Virus record (IMG/VR): IMGVR_UViG_3300004625_000001
From: a virus
Length of the DNA: 51,993 bases
Direction: 5' to 3' (one strand)
Position 1 is the stretch's first letter; the number at the start of each line of letters is the position of its first letter. This document shows, piece after piece, positions 1-8,152 of this stretch. The notes beneath the pieces were generated by a model that was not told the origin of the DNA, did not search any database, and was given only the letters and a program-made list of their open reading frames with translations. The position numbers and the translations under genes were made by a program.

Positions 1-44
1 GTGAGGCCTCGTGGCGGAGTGGTGACGCAGAGGACTGCAAATCC
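1..44 (+). repeat. attL core: 4 nt plus the first 40 nt of tRNA-Cys(GCA); truncated copy
   Basis: gtgaggcctcgtggcggagtggtgacgcagaggactgcaaatcc is identical to 51950-51993. Downstream sequence (ccggtaaagtcaacag...) has no T-arm and no CGAGGCC acceptor 3' strand, so this copy is a tRNA fragment. Confidence 0.85.
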
Positions 45-93
45 CCGGTAAAGTCAACAGAATCAATGGTCTTTCTGAATAAGAGCGCCGAAA

Positions 94-1359
94 TCACGCC
101 TTTTTCTCGTTTTTACCGCCATTGATTTTGTTCATAAATTTCGGCTGTTCAGAATGACCGAAACGCTTCTTCGTGGCCTCCAGGACGCGCTTTTCCGTCT
201 CTTTCGCATAGCCACGGTAGGCCGCTGCCGTCTTGTGCTTTGACAGCACTCGGCCCTGTCCCTCGGTCAGCCCGCTCTCTTCCAATTCAGTCATCCCGCC
301 ATGCCGGCATTTGTCCAGGCTGAAGCCGACGGGGATCGATTCGCCGTTCTCGCGAAGTTTGTCGGCCATCTCTCGGACTTCATGTGCGAGGTAGGTTCCG
401 TCACCGAATAGCTGCCCGTTCTTTTTGCAGACGATCGACGTGCCGTACCGCGGCGTCTGGGCGAGGATCTTCTCTGCATCTTCGTAGAGCTTGATGAGCT
501 CTCCCGTGTCTTCGTCGAGATATTCGAGCGGGTGTAGGGCGAGCTCGTCCGTCTTCCGATGCTTTAGGCGAATCTTGTCCGGGTGATCAGGAGCCCGGTA
601 TCCGGTCCATGGCGCGTAGCCGGCGCCGATCGAGGAGGGGCGCATGAGCCATTCAAAGGCCAGCACGGCAGCTGCGGCCAACTCCCCGCGATCGTTTGCG
701 ATAGCGCCGTTCGCGAAGGCATAGACGGTCTCGCGGTCAACGTGGCCCTTGGTGGTCTTCTTCCGCCGCTTGAGGGTAACGCCTTCCCACGGGTTCGGTG
801 TGTCGGCTCTGAACAGCTCGGGATGATGTGGCTTCATTCGCTTCCACATCGCCTTGCAGTACGTGACAACCTTTTCCCCTGTCCGATTGCCTCCGTCGCC
901 AGAAAACGCGTGGTAGATCTTCTCTGCCGTGCTCACGGCTATGTTCATGATCTTGATGTCACCGACGCGGAGTTCTTCGCCGGTCGACTCTCGCTTGATC
1001 TTCGCATCGCAGACGCGATCGAGCACGCGCTTGTAATCAGGGCGGCTGAACTCTGAGACGCGTTCGAGGAAGGAATCGTGCTTCAGGTAGGCGTTCTGAA
1101 GCCATCCGACCGTGCCGTATTTTGATAGCGTCTCGACCGGCGCCATGGGGTTGCGCTCGGCTTTCCAAGCGTCGAGGCGGTCATTCCAGACTTTCGCGGC
1201 TGCGATTAGCTCGCTTTGCGGAAGGTTCTCGCCGAGCGCGGCGCTCAGATAGGGGCAGCCGGCTTTACGGTACAGGCTAGGACAGGTCCAATAATAGCCG
1301 GTCGAGCCACTGGCGAGCGTCTTGAAGGACGTGTACCGCGGCATTTCCACAGGCACCAT
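94..1359 (-). CDS. int: Tyrosine recombinase / phage integrase
   Basis: C-terminal catalytic motifs: HRKT..., CRHGGMTE (HxxR), LSKHKT, and YRGY tyrosine. Adjacent to attL. Preferred start is the ATG at 1359, which overlaps the xis stop as TGATG. The longest ORF extends to 1428. Confidence 0.93.
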   Translation of the reverse strand: MVPVEMPRYTSFKTLASGSTGYYWTCPSLYRKAGCPYLSAALGENLPQSELIAAAKVWNDRLDAWKAERNPMAPVETLSKYGTVGWLQNAYLKHDSFLERVSEFSRPDYKRVLDRVCDAKIKRESTGEELRVGDIKIMNIAVSTAEKIYHAFSGDGGNRTGEKVVTYCKAMWKRMKPHHPELFRADTPNPWEGVTLKRRKKTTKGHVDRETVYAFANGAIANDRGELAAAAVLAFEWLMRPSSIGAGYAPWTGYRAPDHPDKIRLKHRKTDELALHPLEYLDEDTGELIKLYEDAEKILAQTPRYGTSIVCKKNGQLFGDGTYLAHEVREMADKLRENGESIPVGFSLDKCRHGGMTELEESGLTEGQGRVLSKHKTAAAYRGYAKETEKRVLEATKKRFGHSEQPKFMNKINGGKNEKKA

Positions 1360-1598
1360 CAGTATGCCTCCGGCACGCCGCTTACGCTTCCTGGGTCGAT
1401 CGCCCTGTCCAGATCGATCTTCCGCCACGCCCTGAACTTCCCTTTGCCTGTGCCGGTGTCAATGAACGGCTTCGGCCATATCGTTCCCACACGGCTCAGG
1501 AAGGCGTCAACCGTCTTCTCACCGGCATAGGCGGCAGCATGCTCGTCCCTGAGGACAGCAGGCCAGCAGCCGGTGGGGATTTCAGCGTGCTTAGTCAT
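1359..1598 (-). CDS. xis: Excisionase / AlpA-like small DNA-binding protein
   Basis: 79 aa. Helix-turn-helix-like LRDEHAAAYAGEKTVDAFLS...KFRAWRKIDLDRAI. Directly upstream of and coupled to int. ATG at 1598 follows GGGGAG; the 1616 start is GTG. Confidence 0.65.
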   Translation of the reverse strand: MTKHAEIPTGCWPAVLRDEHAAAYAGEKTVDAFLSRVGTIWPKPFIDTGTGKGKFRAWRKIDLDRAIDPGSVSGVPEAY

Positions 1599-1744
1599 TG
1601 TCTCCCCGGTTTCCACAGGGGTTGTCCACAGGTGCGCCGATGGTCTGGCGTCTCTTCAGACTGAAGTCCGAGGTGGGTTTTTTGGTGGAACCCAAAGACC
1701 AGGCAATCATTTAACCGCGGTCCAATAACTCGAGGTAAAGCCCA

Positions 1745-2026
1745 ATGAAAAAAATCATTCTTGCTGTAGCTCTGGCTTTTTCGTCCCTCATTGCCGTCCC
1801 TGCCGCTTCCTATGCGGACAGCATCATCATTCGTACTGATGACGGTCCGGGCCTGCATCGCGGCTGGGAACGTGGCGAGCACCGCGGCTGGTATAACGGT
1901 CACCGTGGGATGAGAGCACGAATGGTCCATGAAGAGTACCGGCGCCACCCGTCTTGCTTCACCAAACGGGTAACGACATATCGTTATGGTGAGCGGGTCA
2001 CGCGGACGACCAATGTTTGCCGCTAA
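1745..2026 (+). CDS. Small secreted protein (moron), His/Arg/Trp-rich mature part
   Basis: Sec signal MKKIILAVALAFSSLIAVPAASYA. GAGG RBS lies 10 nt upstream. A strong hairpin follows. It lies opposite to the flanking phage genes. Confidence 0.6.
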   Translation: MKKIILAVALAFSSLIAVPAASYADSIIIRTDDGPGLHRGWERGEHRGWYNGHRGMRARMVHEEYRRHPSCFTKRVTTYRYGERVTRTTNVCR

Positions 2027-2047
2027 CTGAACCCGATTTCGCCCCGA

Positions 2048-2079
2048 GGAGCCGGAGAGTGGATTACTCTCCGGCTCCT
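2048..2079 (+). terminator. 13-bp stem hairpin after the secreted-protein gene
   Basis: aggagccggagagt-ggatt-actctccggctcct; the downstream T-run is weak (ggcgtttcgg). Confidence 0.5.
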
Positions 2080-2175
2080 GGCGTTTCGGCGGTTCGACAT
2101 ACGATTTAGATCCAGGGCAAACCGACATCGCGATGTGGTCCAGGTCGTCGACGACAAATGCCACGTTCGAGTCGC

Positions 2176-2580
2176 TCATCGGCGCGTAGCCTCCATTATG
2201 ATCTTTATCGCGGCCGCGGTGTCGCCCGACACGCGCCAGAGCCGATCGGCGAGGGTGGTGGCGTCAATGCCGTGGGATTCCCACCAAGCCTGCTCGTGGC
2301 CGGTCTTGTGCTGGGCGTCCGGGCCGGTGCGGTGCTCTTCGGGCAGGAGAGGGAGCGTCCAGTTGTCTCCCGCCTTCGTGCCTTTCCCGCGCATGTGCTT
2401 TCCGAAGCGCTTGTCGGGGAAATTGACGTGAGCAGCCTCGCAGCCGAAGGCGCCGGAGATTACAGAGGGAAGGGAGGCGATCCAAGCCAGGTGACGAGGG
2501 TCGCGGATCTCGGTCACTTCCTTAGCACGGCGGGTGTCGGCGAAGGCTGTAGGTAGTCGGCGGATTGCGTAGGCCATCAT
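2176..2580 (-). CDS. Phage protein, YbcO/DUF1364- or Ref-like (putative nuclease fold)
   Basis: 134 aa starting at MMAYAIRR. Pattern AAHVNF...GKGTKAGDNWTLPL..EEH resembles the H...GxGxKxxD...H core. ATGA overlap with the upstream gene. Confidence 0.5.
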   Translation of the reverse strand: MMAYAIRRLPTAFADTRRAKEVTEIRDPRHLAWIASLPSVISGAFGCEAAHVNFPDKRFGKHMRGKGTKAGDNWTLPLLPEEHRTGPDAQHKTGHEQAWWESHGIDATTLADRLWRVSGDTAAAIKIIMEATRR

Positions 2581-3269
2581 GCTGCCTCCTTCGACATGGC
2601 GTCGATGTTGCAGTGATGGACGGTGAAGGTGTAGGCGACGATCCAGGGGTTCTTCTCCCATGCGCCGACGCCGTTGATGTCGTTCCAGAGGTTGCCGTAC
2701 CAGCCGATAGGGTAGGCATCGCGCAGCGGGACGCCAACACCGCCTGTATCGGCGTGCGGCCATCCCTCGGCGATCGCGTCGGCTTCGCTGATGTCCTGCA
2801 GCCGCTCGATGCGAACGTCAGTGACGGTGAGTGTCAGGCGCGATGCCCAGCGAGGCATGTGGATTCCGGGGCGCCCGCGCGATCCAGATGGTGAATACTT
2901 CTCATCAGCCAAATAGAACACGTTGCTTTCAGGGATCTCGCGCGGCGGCAGATGGTCAAAGGTGCTGTGTGGCTTCCACGATTCGCGAACCCAAAGGCGA
3001 TCACCGACAGCAGCTTTGAGGGGCACATACCACCCGCTACGGCCCGATGGGTTCGTTTCCGCGTCCCAAAGTCCTAGAACAGAGTGGACGAACTCCACGC
3101 AGGGAACGTTCCGGCCCTCGATCGGCTTAAGCGTGCCGTTCGTTTCATAACCTGCCAGTTGCGGATAGCGAGCAAAGACCTTCGTCAGGTCGCGCCGCGT
3201 TTGCGTCTTCGTACCGGCGATCAGGGCGCGGACCATCGGCCCGCTGAAGAGAATTGGGCGATCGGTCAC
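2577..3269 (-). CDS. ASCH-domain-like phage protein
   Basis: N-terminus ILFSGPMVRALIAGTKTQTRR is typical of the ASCH/PUA-like phage family. GTG start overlaps the upstream stop (GTGA). Confidence 0.65.
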   Translation of the reverse strand: MTDRPILFSGPMVRALIAGTKTQTRRDLTKVFARYPQLAGYETNGTLKPIEGRNVPCVEFVHSVLGLWDAETNPSGRSGWYVPLKAAVGDRLWVRESWKPHSTFDHLPPREIPESNVFYLADEKYSPSGSRGRPGIHMPRWASRLTLTVTDVRIERLQDISEADAIAEGWPHADTGGVGVPLRDAYPIGWYGNLWNDINGVGAWEKNPWIVAYTFTVHHCNIDAMSKEAA

Positions 3270-3442
3270 GCTTCACCGCCTTTCGCCGGATCGTCCTTGC
3301 GGTGGCGGAAGTATTCGAGCGCGGCCTCGGCAACAGAGGTTTCAGCAAGCTCCTCGATATCGCGGCCGAGTTCGGCGGCGATGACCTGCAGGCGTTTCAT
3401 CGTTTCAGAAGATGCAAGAACACTTAGTGTGCTGTAGCTCAT
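3266..3442 (-). CDS. Small ribbon-helix-helix-like protein (58 aa, below the ORF-track cutoff)
   Basis: Translated by hand: MSYSTLSVLASSETMKRLQVIAAELGRDIEELAETSVAEAALEYFRHRKDDPAKGGEA. The ATG overlaps the ninB stop (ATGA) and the stop overlaps the next start (GTGA). Confidence 0.55.
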   Translation of the reverse strand: MSYSTLSVLASSETMKRLQVIAAELGRDIEELAETSVAEAALEYFRHRKDDPAKGGEA

Positions 3443-3849
3443 GCCGCTTTTCCTTTCGGATCAGACCACTCGACGCCATGCTGAGCGCCGAAGGCGAAGA
3501 TGATTTCAATGAGGTCGGTCATCTCTTCCTTGGACAGGTCGGATGACGAAGTGCCGAGCGGCACGAAGCCGCTCCCGTCTATGTTCGGGACCATTCGGAT
3601 CTGCTCGGACCTTTCCCGACGCAGCGCGTCGAGCATCACGAACTTCCAATCGTCAGGCGTGAGCTGCTGGCCGTACCAGGTGAGCTGGAGCGAAAGGTCG
3701 GTCAGCATCGCCCACATACGGTCATTCTGAGGGGTGGTGCGCTTCGGTCCCTTGAACTCGACACGGGTGTCTCTGGGCGCGCGCTGAATCCAGTCGATTG
3801 CCTTCTGACGAAAGTGGTCGTTCGCTAGGACGAGAAGCGCTCTGCCCAT
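3439..3849 (-). CDS. ninB: NinB/Orf-family recombination mediator
   Basis: Colinear with lambda NinB: PQNDRMWAMLTDLS..W.G..L..DDWK..., VPNIDGSGFVPLG.S.S, and FGAQHGVEWSD. ATG at 3849 is preceded by GGAGG. Confidence 0.88.
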   Translation of the reverse strand: MGRALLVLANDHFRQKAIDWIQRAPRDTRVEFKGPKRTTPQNDRMWAMLTDLSLQLTWYGQQLTPDDWKFVMLDALRRERSEQIRMVPNIDGSGFVPLGTSSSDLSKEEMTDLIEIIFAFGAQHGVEWSDPKGKAA

Positions 3850-3850
3850 C

Positions 3851-4822
3851 TCAGCCTCCATTGAGCGGAGACAGCGCGGCAAGGCGGCGCGACTTGATCG
3901 CCAAGGCTGCTTCGATCATGTCGGCATGACCTTCGCTTTCCAGCACGGCCGGCGCATCGAAATCGGTCCAGATTTCCTCGACGCTTGCTTCGTCCTTTGC
4001 GCCGGCGAGGGCGGTCTCGATCTCGTCAAGGAAGTCACCGAGCGAAAACTCGCTTGCAGGTTCGTCCGTCGGCTGCTCGGGCTCGACTCTGGCCTCGATC
4101 GTCTTGGATGGAGGAGCGGGCGGCTTTGGAGGCTTGGGCGGCGTCGGCTTGCCCTCGCCCGATTCAGCGGGCGGGGTGATATCGCGCATCTCTTCGGCGT
4201 CGGCGATCTCGCGGACTTCGAACTCGTCGCGGATACCGCCGAGCACGTCGCCGAACAGTTCGCGAAGGCAATAGCCGGCCGCGCGCCACGCTAGCATGCG
4301 CTGCGGGAACCGATACCAAGGGCTGTCGTTCGGCTTCTCCTCGTTCTTCTTGTCCCACTTGTTCCACTTCACGACCGTGGCCTTGGTCTGCCACAGCCCG
4401 GCGCGTTCGGCGTCGGCCTGGCTGAACTCGACCCGCTTTTCTTCGCCGGTATCGAGCCGCTTTGCCTCGCAGAAGCCGACCATCTTGCCGTTGCGCTCTT
4501 CGCAGCCGGTCCGGAGATAGGCGACCTTGCCAGACATGCGGACGACATTGATCAGACCATCGCCGTAGAGGGCGGGCCGACCGTTGATCACGGTAAAGCT
4601 GCGAAGGCTGACCATCGGCTTGAGGCCGAGCTCAGCGCCGGACATAATGGCGACTGCGACTGCGGCTGCTGCATCATCGCCCTCCAGCTTGCCGATCAGT
4701 GCCGACGGTGCCAGGCCGGAGGCGCACACAGCTCGTGCGATGCGCAGCGTCTCCTCGAACGTCTGAGGGACGATGGCGAGGACATTGCCGCCGCCGGTCA
4801 GGGTTGGAACATGGCTGTTCAT
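3851..4822 (-). CDS. recT: RecT-family single-strand annealing protein
   Basis: RecT-like core (GLKPMVSLRSFTVINGRPALYGDG..., PWYRFPQRMLAWRAAGYCLRELFGDVLGG) plus an acidic/proline-rich tail. Confidence 0.88.
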   Translation of the reverse strand: MNSHVPTLTGGGNVLAIVPQTFEETLRIARAVCASGLAPSALIGKLEGDDAAAAVAVAIMSGAELGLKPMVSLRSFTVINGRPALYGDGLINVVRMSGKVAYLRTGCEERNGKMVGFCEAKRLDTGEEKRVEFSQADAERAGLWQTKATVVKWNKWDKKNEEKPNDSPWYRFPQRMLAWRAAGYCLRELFGDVLGGIRDEFEVREIADAEEMRDITPPAESGEGKPTPPKPPKPPAPPSKTIEARVEPEQPTDEPASEFSLGDFLDEIETALAGAKDEASVEEIWTDFDAPAVLESEGHADMIEAALAIKSRRLAALSPLNGG

Positions 4823-5157
4823 GGGACGCTCCTATCGATCGACGTCGTCGAAGATCGACCGATTGCCCTTTGCATCGAGCATCGGTCTTCAGAGTACATG
4901 CGTTGTCCGTTGGGGTACTTTGCCTGCTTCTCTTCGTCGGTCCGAAGGTCCACGACCGGTCGGAGTGCGGCGACCGAAGCCATCTCGGATTCGGTCTTGA
5001 TCTTCATGACCTCGACCTTCGCCTCGCCGCGCTTGGTCGGCACGTAGATGCGTTGGCCGACGGTGACGGGAAAATCAGCGAAATAGTCGTATGTCTTGCC
5101 GTCTTTCTCCCAAGCGAACTTGACGGCGACGATCGAGCGGAGGGCTGTCTCGGTCAT
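4819..5157 (-). CDS. Hypothetical early protein
   Basis: 112-aa ORF coupled by ATGA to recT; coding-like third-position GC. Confidence 0.6.
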   Translation of the reverse strand: MTETALRSIVAVKFAWEKDGKTYDYFADFPVTVGQRIYVPTKRGEAKVEVMKIKTESEMASVAALRPVVDLRTDEEKQAKYPNGQRMYSEDRCSMQRAIGRSSTTSIDRSVP

Positions 5158-6155
5158 CAGGCAGCCCTCTGTTCCGAGCGGATCGCCATTCCGGCCAGCT
5201 CAACGCCAGAGCGGGCGGCGCGGTTGGCGAGCGTCTCGACGACTTCCTTGATTTCGGCCCGGTCCTTCAGCGCCATAAGCAGTGCGTCGAAATCGGTGAT
5301 CTCGGCAAAGACGAAGGTGCGGAGAGAAACCTTAGCGCCCGTCCGACCGGCGCTGGCGTTGCGAGCCTGAGTTTCGCGCTCGGCTGCGGCCGCCTGTTGG
5401 GCAAGGCGTTCGGCCTCGGCCACGGCATCAGCCGCCGCGGCGCTGTTGTCGTTCTTCGCTGCAGCCTTCTCGGCAGCAACACGAGCTGCATCGGCTTCGC
5501 GCTGAATGCGGTCGGCTTCGGCACGGGCCGCAGCCTGGCGCTCGCGCTCCTTGCGCGCTTCCTCCTGCAGGAAGGCGTCCATATGGCGCTTCAGCTTCTT
5601 GCTGATCGCGTCGGGCTCATCCTTGAGAGCGCGCCACTTGTCGTCGACCGAACGGCCGGCGTCGAGGTGAGGCTGCTTTTCAACCTTGTGCAGGTCGGTC
5701 GCCTTCTTGGCGATTGTCGACAGACGTTTCGACCAGATCGCGGCGCGGTCGGCCTCTGCCTGCGTGGTAATCGGCTTCTTCAGGAAGGCTTCCGCCTGCT
5801 CGCGCTCGGCGGCAAACTCGACCTGGAGGGCTTCGAAAGGATCGGTCGGCAGGTTATGGCCGATGGCTGGCGCTTCAGGCTCATCATCCCAGCCAGCCCC
5901 ATCGATCGCCTTGGTATAGGCTTCGTAGCTGATCGGGTTGCGGCAGCACCACGTCCAGATATCGGAAGCGTCAACCTGACGCTCACCGCGCATCGCATGC
6001 CACTTACCGTCTTCGAACCAGATGGCGACGGGGTCCCACGGCTTGTCCTTGAAGCGGGTGCGATAGTAGCCCTGCTGCGGGTCGCCGTCGTGGATCGGGC
6101 CGAGGTTGCCTTCAAGGGCGTTCTGCCACCAAGCCCACACATTCACTTCTGCCAT
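5157..6155 (-). CDS. Hypothetical early protein with Ala/Glu-rich coiled-coil centre
   Basis: 332-aa ORF in operon context; Trp-rich N-terminal domain. No family recognised. Confidence 0.7.
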   Translation of the reverse strand: MAEVNVWAWWQNALEGNLGPIHDGDPQQGYYRTRFKDKPWDPVAIWFEDGKWHAMRGERQVDASDIWTWCCRNPISYEAYTKAIDGAGWDDEPEAPAIGHNLPTDPFEALQVEFAAEREQAEAFLKKPITTQAEADRAAIWSKRLSTIAKKATDLHKVEKQPHLDAGRSVDDKWRALKDEPDAISKKLKRHMDAFLQEEARKERERQAAARAEADRIQREADAARVAAEKAAAKNDNSAAAADAVAEAERLAQQAAAAERETQARNASAGRTGAKVSLRTFVFAEITDFDALLMALKDRAEIKEVVETLANRAARSGVELAGMAIRSEQRAA

Positions 6156-6361
6156 GCGATTTGCTCCTGGTTGATGAGCGCGCCCGCCTTGAGGTTCTGC
6201 TCGGTCGGCGCGAAAGAGAGGACGGTGAGGACGCCGACGGCGGCCACGGTGAGGATGAGGGTGATCGCCTTGTTGATGGCGCCGATCAGTCGGAGGTGAC
6301 CTTCGAGGACCGGAGCGGCGCGGGCGTTGATGTCGGCGAGCTGGGCTGGGATGTCGGTCAT
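6143..6361 (-). CDS. Small membrane protein
   Basis: 72 aa; hydrophobic helix ITLILTVAAVGVLTVLSF; operon context. Confidence 0.55.
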   Translation of the reverse strand: MTDIPAQLADINARAAPVLEGHLRLIGAINKAITLILTVAAVGVLTVLSFAPTEQNLKAGALINQEQIAWQK

Positions 6362-6561
6362 GGCAGCCGTGCCCCCTCGATCAGGAAGACGGGAGCTTCG
6401 CCGTGAAAGTCGAGATCCATACGGCCCGGAAGGGCATCGACGAGCGCGTCGGTCTCAAAGCACATCTGCTTCAATTGGCGTTTTTCTTCTTCGTTCTGGC
6501 AGGCTCTGGCGGCTGCATAGGCCGCTTGGTTCAGAGCGCGGAGGAGGTCGGCGTAGCTCAT
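6358..6561 (-). CDS. Hypothetical small protein
   Basis: Start MSYADLL at 6561 overlaps the upstream stop (ATGA). The longer 6630 start would overlap the neighbouring gene. Confidence 0.55.
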   Translation of the reverse strand: MSYADLLRALNQAAYAAARACQNEEEKRQLKQMCFETDALVDALPGRMDLDFHGEAPVFLIEGARLP

Positions 6562-7217
6562 ACTGCACCTGCCTTGGAGGCAATCTGCTTTGCCGAATAG
6601 ATCGCGTTGTTCGTGATTTTCCGCTGCCACGCGCCGTTCTTCGGCGACCAGTTCCAGGCTGCGCCTTTCAGGGCGGAGATGATCTCAGCGGAGGGTTTGC
6701 CATCGAAAATGATCTGAAGGCGCTCAATGTCGTGATTAGCGACGATGAGGACGTCACCAATGGTGAACTCTTCCTTGCCCGACTTCGCGCCTTCCGGCTT
6801 GGGATGGGCGACATAGCCGACGGCCTTCACTGCCTTGATGGAGGCAGCCAAGGCGCGGTCTTGCCAGTCGTAAAGCTCCTTGGCTTTCTTCTCGTAGGAG
6901 TTCCAGATTTTCTCCTGACGACGAACAGGGAAGTTCGCCGGTCCGGTGATCATCGTCGACATCATATGGCTACGCGAAGACCACATGGCCGAGAGGCGCT
7001 GGATGTAGTTTTCTCTGTAGCGCTCAGACTGCGCGACCGCTTCGGCCATGCGCTCGTCCGTATCTGCGACAGAAACAAGTTTGGCGTTGAAGTTGGTCAT
7101 GTGCGCCACGTAGTCGGAGACTTCGCTCTCGCCCCGACGCTCGGGGCTGTGGCTGGTACCTGCGTGGGCGCGGATGGCGAGTTGCAGGTTTACGTCAGTT
7201 GCTAAAGGCTCACGCAT
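6558..7217 (-). CDS. DUF3560-like phage protein
   Basis: C-terminal LQIIFDGKPSAEIISALKGAAWNWSPKNGAWQRK. The N-terminal 102 aa of the listed ORF is Pro/Ser/Thr/Arg-rich junk overlapping 7210-7467. Start taken at MREPLATD (7217). Confidence 0.6.
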   Translation of the reverse strand: MREPLATDVNLQLAIRAHAGTSHSPERRGESEVSDYVAHMTNFNAKLVSVADTDERMAEAVAQSERYRENYIQRLSAMWSSRSHMMSTMITGPANFPVRRQEKIWNSYEKKAKELYDWQDRALAASIKAVKAVGYVAHPKPEGAKSGKEEFTIGDVLIVANHDIERLQIIFDGKPSAEIISALKGAAWNWSPKNGAWQRKITNNAIYSAKQIASKAGAV

Positions 7218-7467
7218 AGAACTGATCCTCGTTGGTGATGCCCATGATCTGCCGCGCATAGTCGTAGTGACCGCGACGGGCAGAGATCGTCCCACGAACC
7301 CACGACGGGCCTTTCCAGGCATTGGCTTCGATGTACGGAGCGGCGAGAGCGCCCATGCGCTGGGCTTCGATCGCCATGTAGGCGTTGCAGTCGGCGATGG
7401 TGCGCGCTGCGTTCCAGCGGGCGTCCCGTCTGGACTGTTCAGTTGAGATATTCGGGAAGTGCTGCAT
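7210..7467 (-). CDS. Hypothetical protein, first gene of the leftward early operon
   Basis: 85 aa; GAGGA RBS upstream of the ATG at 7467. The operator-bearing intergenic region lies just upstream. Confidence 0.6.
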   Translation of the reverse strand: MQHFPNISTEQSRRDARWNAARTIADCNAYMAIEAQRMGALAAPYIEANAWKGPSWVRGTISARRGHYDYARQIMGITNEDQFYA

Positions 7468-7503
7468 CGCTCATCCTCGTCGCCGCGGCGTTTCGTTGAT
7501 GAG

Positions 7504-7560
7504 TTGGAGAATAAATCCAACATGAAATCCAGTCAAGCGTTAATTGGATTTATTTTCCAT
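7504..7560. promoter_or_regulatory. OL-like operator pair in the divergent promoter region
   Basis: TTGGAGAATAAATCCAA (7504-7520, perfect 5-bp arms) and TTGGATTTATTTTCCAT (7544-7560). Same motif as the three sites at 8874-8931. Confidence 0.55.
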
Positions 7561-7622
7561 GTTAACGAATCGACTCGACTCACCCTGCTCGTTCTGGCTT
7601 CATAGAACGAAAGGAGAACATC

Positions 7623-7853
7623 ATGGGTTTAGCAGTGATGAAATCGCAGTCGCCGTTGCGGCTTCATATCCGGTGCGAGAACTGCCTGCGGGAGAGTTCA
7701 AAGGTCCTGGAGGTGCCGGCGGACACCCATGTTCCGAGCGATATGTATGAACTGGCGCAGGAGGGATATCTCGATAACGTCCCGTTCTTTTGCGCACACT
7801 GCGAAAGTTCGATTGGCAAGCTGTTCGCTATCAGTGGTGGGAGAGTAGAATGA
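7623..7853 (+). CDS. Small zinc-ribbon protein
   Basis: AAGGAG RBS. Two CxxC pairs (CENC ... CAHC). Confidence 0.6.
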   Translation: MGLAVMKSQSPLRLHIRCENCLRESSKVLEVPADTHVPSDMYELAQEGYLDNVPFFCAHCESSIGKLFAISGGRVE

Positions 7854-8152
7854 GCAAGGAAGTGTTGAGTTTTATCATCGTGGCGCCATTCGAGCAGCGC
7901 GCAGCTGTGGCGTCGGCGAAGGAGCGGCTGGAGAACTACCTGTCTCACCGCTTCCCGGGGTACGACTTCAAGGTCGGACCGTTCGCGCCAGTTGGTGAAG
8001 AGGGCGCTTTCACGGTGTTGCCGATCATGAATTTCGTCGGCGACGACGGGAAGAGCTACATGTGCGAACCGCCGTCGCGCTGGCTGCTGCAGGATATTGG
8101 CAACGCTTGCAATGAATTCGATCTTAAGGGTAGGCGGAGTTTCGCCGCTTAG
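7850..8152 (+). CDS. Hypothetical protein
   Basis: Start MSKEVLSF at 7850 overlaps the upstream stop (ATGA). The 3' end overlaps the cI stop by 4 nt (convergent). Confidence 0.55.
   Translation: MSKEVLSFIIVAPFEQRAAVASAKERLENYLSHRFPGYDFKVGPFAPVGEEGAFTVLPIMNFVGDDGKSYMCEPPSRWLLQDIGNACNEFDLKGRRSFAA

Noticed and set aside
1595-2179. 194-aa minus-strand ORF whose ATG overlaps the upstream stop (ATGA), which suggests it continues the leftward operon
   Set aside because: It fully overlaps the plus-strand ORF, which has a textbook signal peptide and RBS. It contains the 13-bp hairpin, and its sequence is compositionally odd. A short genuine N-terminal peptide cannot be excluded.
6558-7523. Full 321-aa version of the DUF3560-like ORF, with its ATG at 7523 inside the operator region
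   Set aside because: The first 102 residues are Pro/Ser/Thr/Arg-rich. They overlap the better-supported 85-aa gene (7210-7467) and the promoter/operator region. An internal start at 7217 fits the operon coupling.
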